A stretch of 32,000 bases of DNA from Wolbachia endosymbiont of Cimex lectularius (GTDB taxonomy: Bacteria; Pseudomonadota; Alphaproteobacteria; Rickettsiales; Anaplasmataceae). The first letter of the stretch is position 1, and each line of letters opens with the position of its first letter. A model generated the notes under the pieces. That model saw only the letters and a program-made list of their open reading frames with translations, had not been told where the DNA came from and searched no databases. The DNA lies in contig NZ_AP013028.1 in the NCBI RefSeq assembly GCF_000829315.1, positions 1,110,001 through 1,142,000 of the forward strand, written 5' to 3'. Below are positions 25,660 to 32,000 of this stretch, in pieces. The position numbers and the translations under genes are program-made.

Positions 25660-26040
25660 TTAAGAAATTTACTAGATGAGAAAAAAAGCAAAAGAAGCCC
25701 TGGTCAATGTCTGTTCAAAAACATTGGCATCTTTTTAGCCTTAAACGCTGCAATTTAGCTGCTTTTAAACTACAACTAACCTTGACTTAAACGTTAAGAA
25801 ATTTACTAAGCAGAAAAAAAGGCAAAAGAAATCCCGTGATAGAAGTTGCTCACTCTCTAATCCTGCAAATTGGCGTACTATACTGTCTTGAACGACTTAT
25901 AAGCGCGTTTCAGCTTGTATAGGGGAAAACCTAGAAGTCTAGGTGAAATTAATAAAGACATGAGGTGCACAGATTGAAGCTAAATAAATAGCTCTAATAC
26001 CATAATAAGGGAACTGAAGGAATTTGTCAAGTAGTTTTTT
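25660..26040 (+). repeat. Composite dispersed repeat, copy C3 (two units of about 134 bp plus tail)
   Basis: Units start at 25660 and 25794. The conserved block is at 25891-25923. The tail ends TTTGTCAAGTAGTTTTTT at about 26040, 130 nt upstream of rpsA. Confidence 0.8.
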
Positions 26041-26172
26041 CACACATGCCAAAAGCTGTTTTTTTTATGCGAGAAGTCTATCAGTGAGTTAACAAAAAAA
26101 CTGCTTGTAACTAATTGTTAATACTATATAATGTATTATTTCTAATAAAGTTTAAATTGAAGGACACATTGC

Positions 26173-27825
26173 ATGAATAATAATGATCCAACGGTAAATC
26201 TACCAATCAGTATCAGAAAACTATCGTCAAACAAGTTCATAGAAGATATATGTCAAGGCCAGTTTGAAGATCAAAGTAACATTTTATTTGAAGATTCTTT
26301 TATTAATAAAATTAAGGAAGGAGATGTAGTAGAAGGTGTCATTACACGGGTAAATCCTAATGATATCGTGGTCGACGTTGGCTTAAAGTCTGATGGGAGA
26401 ATTCCAATCAAGGAGCTTGGTTGCAACGATGAGATTGTTATTGGTTCTAAAATTAGAGTTTATGTAGAGAGAATTGAAGACTATCATGGTAATGTAGTTC
26501 TTAGCCGTGAAAAAGCAATTAGGGACGAAAAATGGCATAAACTGGAAGAAGATGCAGTTACAAGAGCTGAAGTCAGTGGAGTTATCAAACGCTCAATTAA
26601 ATGCGGCTTTATTGTTGATCTTGGCGACGGAATAACTGCCTTTTTGCCGCTGAGTCATGTTGATCTGAAGCAAGTAAAAGATGTCAAGCACCTTATTGAA
26701 ACTGAGCAAAAGTTCATCGTGCTTAAAATGGATAAGAAACAGGGTAACATTGTAGTATCAAGGAAGTTAGTATTAGAAAAATTGCATGCTGGTGAAAAAA
26801 CCAAGTTTTTAGAGTCTTTAAATGAGGGTGATATAATAGAAGGAAAAATAAAAAGCATTACTCATTATGGTGTATTCGTTGGCATTCACGAGTCAGATGC
26901 AGTAGGAGTTATAGATGGATTGCTACATATCACAGATATCTCTTGGAGTAGGGTAAGTCACCCATCTGCAGTTTTTGCTTGTGGCCAGACCATAAAGGTC
27001 AAAATTATAAAAATAGATAAGGAAAATGCAAAAGTTTCCCTAGGCATAAAGCAGCTAGAAGATAACCCTTGGCAAGATGTAGAGTCAAAGTATCCGATTG
27101 ACAGCGTTCATAAAGGGCATATAACAAGCATAGAAGATTATGGGTTATTTGTTGAACTTCAGCCTGGAATCGAAGGTTTAGTTCACTCATCAGAAATAAC
27201 TTGGGTTAAGAGCAATCTACCAGTGAGTAGTCTTGTAACTAGGGGGCAAGAAGTGTCTGTTAAAATTCTCAGTATCGATACTACTAAAAACAGAATGAGT
27301 TTGAGTATGAAAAGGTGTGTGGATAACCCTTGGCAAGTATTTGTCGATAAATACCCTCCTGGCTCCATTGTCTCTGGTAAGGTTAAAAATAATGCTGGCT
27401 CATATATATCTGTTACTTTTGATGATCGTGAAATAGACGAAAATGTTGAAGGGACAATTTATATGCAAGATCTAAGTTGGTCTAAAAATGGCTCAGGTGA
27501 GATAAGAAAGTATAATATGGGCGATGTGATAGAGGCAAAAGTAATAAGGGCTAACGTGAATCGAACAAGAATTCACCTTGGCATAAAGCAAATAGAGTAT
27601 GATCCACTTATAGAACTGATAAAGAAAGTCAAGGTAGGAGACAAAATGCAGGTTACCGTAGGTAAGAGAGAAGATGGTGGACTAGTTGTTGAAGTTGAAA
27701 ATGATGTAACCCTCTTAATAGATCAAGAGCATCTACCGGAAAATAAAAAGTTTTCTATGTCAGAAAGGATAGAAGTTGAAGTATTGGGCGTTGAAGAATA
27801 TAATATAATATTATCTGCTAAATGA
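26173..27825 (+). CDS. rpsA: 30S ribosomal protein S1
   Basis: 550 aa ORF with six reiterated S1 OB-fold units (repeated G.V..I...G.FV.L/I ... GL.H.S patterns). It sits in the conserved rpsA-ihfB arrangement. Confidence 0.95.
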   Translation: MNNNDPTVNLPISIRKLSSNKFIEDICQGQFEDQSNILFEDSFINKIKEGDVVEGVITRVNPNDIVVDVGLKSDGRIPIKELGCNDEIVIGSKIRVYVERIEDYHGNVVLSREKAIRDEKWHKLEEDAVTRAEVSGVIKRSIKCGFIVDLGDGITAFLPLSHVDLKQVKDVKHLIETEQKFIVLKMDKKQGNIVVSRKLVLEKLHAGEKTKFLESLNEGDIIEGKIKSITHYGVFVGIHESDAVGVIDGLLHITDISWSRVSHPSAVFACGQTIKVKIIKIDKENAKVSLGIKQLEDNPWQDVESKYPIDSVHKGHITSIEDYGLFVELQPGIEGLVHSSEITWVKSNLPVSSLVTRGQEVSVKILSIDTTKNRMSLSMKRCVDNPWQVFVDKYPPGSIVSGKVKNNAGSYISVTFDDREIDENVEGTIYMQDLSWSKNGSGEIRKYNMGDVIEAKVIRANVNRTRIHLGIKQIEYDPLIELIKKVKVGDKMQVTVGKREDGGLVVEVENDVTLLIDQEHLPENKKFSMSERIEVEVLGVEEYNIILSAK

Positions 27826-27847
27826 TTGTAATTTTAGCTTCGTGTAA

Positions 27848-28126
27848 ATGGCAACGAAATCTAACATCATAACAAAGGTGGCAGAGAAGCATCCTTTCCT
27901 AGACAAAATGGTTATAGCAGCTATAGTCAACAGATTTTTTGAGATACTTTCGAGTACATTGAAGTGTCATAATAGAATTGAAATTAGGGGATTTGGCTCC
28001 TTTTCAATTAGGAGTTATAACTTGAAAGAGACAAGTCACTTTATGTCACAGAAGTTTGTAAAAAATCAATACTTTAAAACGTATTTTCGTAGCAGTAAAA
28101 AATTATCCTATTTAATAAATGAATAA
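27848..28126 (+). CDS. ihfB: Integration host factor subunit beta
   Basis: 92 aa HU/IHF-fold protein containing RIEIRGFGSFSIR, located directly downstream of rpsA as in many proteobacteria. Confidence 0.85.
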   Translation: MATKSNIITKVAEKHPFLDKMVIAAIVNRFFEILSSTLKCHNRIEIRGFGSFSIRSYNLKETSHFMSQKFVKNQYFKTYFRSSKKLSYLINE

Positions 28127-28389
28127 AAGTTTATACAGTAAATAAGATGAAAGTGGGGGTAAGTTAACGTTATACAATAAAAGTTTTTAGCATTATATGC
28201 AAGTAGTAGAAATAGTTATACGCAACAGTACATACAAAATATCTTGTGAAAGTGGAAAAAAGGATCATTTATTGTACCTTGCTAATAATTTTAATAAGCT
28301 AGTTAGCTCTATATCTCAAAAAACTGGAGGTAAGAACCTGTTTAAAATCTTGGAAATGTGAGGTAAAGTAAGCATAGATTAATAATGAG

Positions 28390-28656
28390 GTGTCTATGCA
28401 GAAAAGTTATCCAGGTAATATAAGTCAAGAGCAGTTTGAAAAAATCAGGCCAATTTTGGAGAGTAGCAAGCAGAAAACAAAACCAAGAAAACTTGATTTG
28501 TATGACGTATTTTGTGGGGTGTTGTACGTCTTAAAAAGTGGTTGTCAGTGGAGGATGTTACCAAAGGGTTTTCCAAGATGGGAAAGCGTATATTACTATT
28601 TTCGAGTGTGGAGTAAAAAGAATGGAGAAGAGCCAAGCTTGTTGGAATTAGTCTTA
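28390..28656 (+). pseudogene. Outer IS transposase N-terminal part (orfA), cut by the inner IS
   Basis: MSMQKSYPGNISQEQFEKIRPILESSKQKTKPRKLDLYDVFCGVLYVLKSGCQWRMLPKGFPRW... is the typical IS5-family N-terminal HTH region. The track ORF reads through into the inner IS terminus up to 28668. Confidence 0.8.
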
Positions 28657-28664
28657 GAACCTGT

Positions 28665-29129
28665 TTAAAATCTTCGCAACAGGAGAGAAATGAAGGAGAG
28701 GACTATCATCTGTAAGCTAGTGTTGAGCTCCCGCTCGCAATTTTTCCACAATCGCCTGCACTTTTCTAACCAGGCAAAAGAGCGCTCAACAACCCATCTT
28801 TTTGGCAATACGACGAAAGTGTGTAACTCACTTCGCTTTATTACTTCAACAGTCGCACCAATGATAGCTTTTATTTGTGTTGCAAAATTTTCTCCTGTGT
28901 AGCCAGCATCAACCAGTATGTTTTTAACTTCAGAGAGGTTTGCTTTAGCATTTTCGACCATCTTCACAGCACTGCTACGGTCAGTTGCTTCTGCCGTTGT
29001 TACATAAATTGCATGTGGCAAACCTTGTGTATCAACTGCAATATGGCGCTTTATCCCTGAAATCTTTTTACCTGCATCATAGCCTTTTTTTTTCAGCAGT
29101 ATCTGCGTTTTTAACGCTTTGAGAATCAA
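28665..29129 (-). pseudogene. Inner IS transposase DDE part, frame-shifted by an A9 tract
   Basis: It encodes the same DDE region as the outer copy. The homopolymer at 29085-29093 has 9 A/T against 8 in the outer copy (29622-29629). This puts IDSQSVKNADTAEKK and GYDAGKK... in different frames. Confidence 0.75.
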
Positions 29130-29140
29130 TTATACAAAAG

Positions 29141-29461
29141 CTAGTTTTCTCTTTCCGACCATTGCTGATACGGACCTCTCCAACTAATTTTTTTTAAGAC
29201 TAATTCCAACAAGCTTGGCTCTTCTCCATTCTTTTTACTCCACACTCGAAAATAGTAATATATGCTTTTCCATCTTGGAAAACCCTTTGGTAACATCCTC
29301 CACTGACAACCACTTTTTAAGACGTACAACACGCCACAAAATACGTCATACAAATCAAGTTTTCTTGGTTTTGTTTTCTGCTTGCTACTCTCCAAAATTG
29401 GCCTGATTTTTTCAAACTGCTCTTGACTTATATTACTTGGATAACTTTTCCGCATAGACAC
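29141..29461 (-). CDS. Inner IS transposase orfA
   Basis: 106 aa ORF with four substitutions in 89 aligned aa relative to the outer copy orfA (Q4R, G9S, E64K, V66I). It ends shortly after the A8 run. Confidence 0.8.
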   Translation of the reverse strand: MSMRKSYPSNISQEQFEKIRPILESSKQKTKPRKLDLYDVFCGVLYVLKSGCQWRMLPKGFPRWKSIYYYFRVWSKKNGEEPSLLELVLKKISWRGPYQQWSEREN

Positions 29462-29521
29462 CTCATTATTAATCTATGCTTACTTTACCTCACATTTCCA
29501 AGATTTTAAACAGGTTCTTAA

Positions 29522-30049
29522 AAAAAATTAGTTGGAGAGGTCCGTATCAGCAATGGTCGGAAAGAGAAAACTAGCTTTTGTATAATTGATTCTCAAAGCG
29601 TTAAAAACGCAGATACTGCTGAAAAAAAAGGCTATGATGCAGGTAAAAAGATTTCAGGGATAAAGCGCCATATTGCAGTTGATACACAAGGTTTGCCACA
29701 TGCAATTTATGTAACAACGGCAGAGGCAACTGACCGTAGCAGTGCTGTGAAAATGGTCGAAAATGCTAAAGCAAACCTCTCTGAAGTTAAAAACATACTG
29801 GTTGATGCTGGCTACACAGGAGAAAATTTTGCAACACAAATAAAAGCTATCATTGGTGCGACTGTTGAAGTAATAAAGCGAAGTGAGTTACACACTTTCG
29901 TCGTATTGCCAAAAAGATGGGTTGTTGAACGCTCTTTTGCCTGGTTAGAAAAGTGCAGGCGATTGTGGAAAAATTGCGAGCGGAAGCTCAACACTAGCTT
30001 ACAGATGATAGTCCTCTCCTTCATTTCTCTCCTGTTACGAAGATTTTAA
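29522..30049 (+). pseudogene. Outer IS transposase C-terminal DDE part (orfB frame)
   Basis: KKLVGEVRISNGRKEKTSFCIIDSQSVKNADTAEKKGYDAGKKISGIKRHIAVDTQG...DAGYTG...VVERSFAWL is a DDE IS4/IS5-type catalytic region. It is separated from its orfA by the inner IS. Confidence 0.8.
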
Positions 30050-30251
30050 ACAGGTTCTAAGAAAGAAGGGGAAATAGAAAAAACAACTAATAAAATAGGA
30101 ACTTCAACTGAAAAAGCTACAAGGAATAATAGTGAAAAGCCGGAGCCAGGTAATAACCAAATTTGTGGCGATGCAACTGCTAAACTTATGGAAGAAAGGA
30201 ACTCAGCAAACCAAAAGAAAAGTTTTACAAGAGGTTAGTATGGTCTCCCAC

Positions 30252-30273
30252 CCCAGCGTTACCAAGCGCTGGG
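30252..30273. terminator. Hairpin between the split ORF stop and the afuA stop
   Basis: CCCAGCG-TTACCAAG-CGCTGGG forms a 7-bp GC-rich stem between convergent 3' ends. There is no clear U-run. Confidence 0.3.
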
Positions 30274-30275
30274 CG

Positions 30276-31307
30276 TTACTTCCATTTACACTCGTCAGCT
30301 ATCATAACAGCTTCGAGCAGGTGTTCTTCAAGTTTGCTGAGAGGCAAGTCACTTTGTGGGTAACTCCCCCAAGATTTTAATATGTCAGAAGTTTCGACAC
30401 CTTCAACAATAGGATATTCCTGATTTTTTTTAGCATATAGTTCTTGAGCTTGCTTGCTTACTAAAAATTCCAGCAAAGTTATAGCGTTTTCTCTGTTTTT
30501 TGCGTTTTTTGTTACCGCTGCTCCACTAATATTCACCATTACGCCATTATCATTTTGATTAGGGAAGAAAACCCCCAGCTTGTCTATAATATTCCTTTTA
30601 TTTCCATACCCTGATGAAAGAATCCTTGCAAAATAATAGCTATTTACTATTGCAACATCTCCTTCACCAGCAGCTACAGCGTGAATTTGGTCAGTATCGC
30701 CACCACTTGGTTTTCTTGCCATATTGCTCACAATTCCACAGACCCATTCTTTTGCCTTTTCAAAACCATCGTTTGCAATCATAAAAGCAATCAATGATCG
30801 GTTATATGGACTCGTAGAAGAGCGTACTAATATTCTTCCTTTCCACTTTTCATTTGCTAAATCTTCATAAGTACTTAAATCTTTAGGGTTTGCTGATTCT
30901 TTATTATAAACCAATATTCTAGTTCTTTTTGTGAGGCCAAACCAATAATCTTCATTATCTCTAAATTTTGCAGGTATAGCATTTTTTAAAACCTCTGAGT
31001 CTACTTGGGACAGAAGGTCTCTTTTTTTTGCTAAAATCAAATTCACTGCATCTGCAGTCAAAAATAAGTCAGCTTCACCACCATTTTCCATGCGTGAGAG
31101 CAACTGAGAATAATCATCAATAATATAACGTACCTTGATGCCCGTATCTTTTGTGAATTCGTCAAATAAAGTGCGTACTAACTCCTCTTTACGTGATGAA
31201 TAAACATTCACCACTTGTGAATTGTCAGTTTCGCTGTTCTTGTACAAATAAGTAACGACTATTAATACAACTGCTATTAGAAATGTGAATATGAAAGCTC
31301 TTTTCAT
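30276..31307 (-). CDS. afuA: Iron(III) ABC transporter periplasmic substrate-binding protein (AfuA/FbpA family)
   Basis: 343 aa ORF with a signal peptide. VNVYSSRKEELVRTLFDEFTKDTGIKV, VNSYYF and SGAAVTKNAKNRENAITLLEFLVSKQAQE parallel AfuA/FbpA sequences. Confidence 0.85.
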   Translation of the reverse strand: MKRAFIFTFLIAVVLIVVTYLYKNSETDNSQVVNVYSSRKEELVRTLFDEFTKDTGIKVRYIIDDYSQLLSRMENGGEADLFLTADAVNLILAKKRDLLSQVDSEVLKNAIPAKFRDNEDYWFGLTKRTRILVYNKESANPKDLSTYEDLANEKWKGRILVRSSTSPYNRSLIAFMIANDGFEKAKEWVCGIVSNMARKPSGGDTDQIHAVAAGEGDVAIVNSYYFARILSSGYGNKRNIIDKLGVFFPNQNDNGVMVNISGAAVTKNAKNRENAITLLEFLVSKQAQELYAKKNQEYPIVEGVETSDILKSWGSYPQSDLPLSKLEEHLLEAVMIADECKWK

Positions 31308-31455
31308 ATTGAATAGAATAATTTCTCTTAGTTAGAAATATTCAAATGGCAAGGTCTTGGCAAGTGTAAATCTTCAAAATGTTGCACTATCCCAGTTTGC
31401 AGTACTAGGATAGTGATGAAAAGAAGTGCAAGCCAGAAAATATGTTTTCCATAAT

Positions 31456-32000
31456 TTAATTAACAATATAAGTAATATCTGGGTGACCACATGGTTCAGC
31501 AACTACTTGTAACAACTTTGAACTAACATCCTTCTGACTTTCTTTCACAACTTCGATAAACGTTGTGTTAAGTTCTTTACCGCTAGCCTCTTGTTTATGT
31601 AATAACAAATAATCTTTAAAATCAGTTTTGTTCCAATGATGAAGGGCACAAACTACAGTGAAAAGCAGTAGAGTACATGAAATTGCAACGACTGGCCAGT
31701 AAACGGTAGGATTTGTGTATAAATTTACTATATTACTCAAACCACCTGTTGAATATAGTGTTAAAGGAAAGGTTATGCTTCCAGTAATAAGCACTGTGCT
31801 TAAAATAGGAAGCCATAGTCTATCATTGACTAATGAATTTACTTTACTCTTGTAACAGATTGGCTGTCCTATAAGTTCTACAATATTTGTATTATTTTTT
31901 TCTTGTCCTTGAAGAGAATGAAACGTAAAATAAATGCGGTTACCGTTACTATACTTTAATACCAAGGACTTGATGCATTTGTCTTCTGGAAGTGTACTTA
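31456..32000 (-). CDS. Hypothetical membrane protein (5' end probably outside window)
   Basis: The ORF track gives a TTG start at 31965, but the frame remains open to the window edge. Two hydrophobic helices are present (WLPILSTVLITGSITFPLTLY, VYWPVVAISCTLLLFTVVCAL). I recognise no family. Confidence 0.5.
   Translation of the reverse strand, partial: STLPEDKCIKSLVLKYSNGNRIYFTFHSLQGQEKNNTNIVELIGQPICYKSKVNSLVNDRLWLPILSTVLITGSITFPLTLYSTGGLSNIVNLYTNPTVYWPVVAISCTLLLFTVVCALHHWNKTDFKDYLLLHKQEASGKELNTTFIEVVKESQKDVSSKLLQVVAEPCGHPDITYIVN

Larger units (their letters stand above)
28657..29517 (-). mobile_element. IS5-family (ISWpi1-like) insertion sequence, inner copy, 861 bp, reverse orientation
   Basis: It has the same inverted repeats at 28657 and 29517. 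TTA direct repeats flank it at 28654-28656 and 29518-29520. It encodes orfA (29141-29461) and an orfB region (28665-29187). Confidence 0.9.
28334..30057 (+). mobile_element. IS5-family (ISWpi1-like) insertion sequence, outer copy, itself interrupted by a second copy
   Basis: The 18-bp inverted repeats GAACCTGTTTAAAATCTT lie at 28334-28351, with the reverse complement at 30040-30057. TAA direct repeats flank it at 28331-28333 and 30058-30060. The two halves (28334-28656 and 29521-30057) total 860 bp. Confidence 0.9.
28197..30238 (+). pseudogene. Small ZapA-like ORF split by IS insertion (exons 28197-28333 and 30059-30238)
   Basis: The N-terminus MQVVEIVIRNSTYKISCESGKKDHLLYLANNFNKLVSSISQKTGG fits the ZapA pattern (V.I.....Y.I.C..G.E..L..LA). 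Removing the IS plus one TAA copy restores a continuous frame ending at TAG 30236-30238. Confidence 0.5.

Noticed and set aside
28445-29406. 63-70 aa ORFs antisense to the IS transposase frames (28445-28636, 28690-28902, 28875-29060, 29215-29406, plus their mirror copies in the outer IS at 29654-29839 and 29812-30024)
   Set aside because: They appear in mirrored pairs only because the IS is present twice in opposite orientation. All are antisense to recognisable transposase sequence.
30132-30380. 82-aa plus-strand ORF
   Set aside because: It overlaps the 3' exon of the IS-split ORF in another frame and runs antisense into afuA. There is no supporting signal.
1-32000. Prophage WO modules, cytoplasmic incompatibility (cif) genes, ankyrin-repeat effectors, type IV secretion genes and toxin-antitoxin pairs
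   Set aside because: No ORF in the window shows ankyrin repeats, phage structural signatures, large cif-like proteins, VirB/VirD motifs or compact two-gene TA architecture.

Overview
AT-rich, gene-dense chromosomal segment that looks like a Wolbachia-type Rickettsiales endosymbiont. This is inferred from the ISWpi1-like IS5 element, the recurrent CCAGTG/CACTGG hairpin repeat and the protein sequences; no database search was possible. About 80% of the window is ordinary housekeeping genes: murC (3' end), eno, obg, an NDUFS4-like ETC subunit, a carboxylesterase, a YeeZ-like SDR, truB-rpsO-pnp, rpe, tRNA-Arg(TCT), RDD and HAD proteins, the tRNA-Leu(TAG)-tig-clpP-clpX-lon cluster, a BON lipoprotein, gshB, murG, lpdA, rpsA-ihfB and an AfuA/FbpA-type iron-binding protein. 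I found no multi-gene defence, toxin, secretion, prophage or CRISPR system. The unusual content is mobile or noncoding. (1) An IS5-family element is inserted into a second copy of itself, and the pair splits a small ZapA-like ORF. (2) A composite noncoding repeat of about 365-435 bp occurs three times, always in the same orientation, built from tandem units of about 130 bp plus a conserved tail; a decayed fourth copy is possible. No function could be assigned. (3) A family of palindromic MITE-like elements is built around a 30-35 nt hairpin module. Two roughly 94% identical copies in inverted orientation bracket rpe and tRNA-Arg. (4) A 20-bp perfect direct repeat flanks a 357-bp insert just after the pnp stop codon. 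(5) A fragmented ORF at 13.45-14.3 kb shares a local motif with another small hydrophilic ORF. All coordinates were derived by hand and repeat boundaries are approximate (a few nt).
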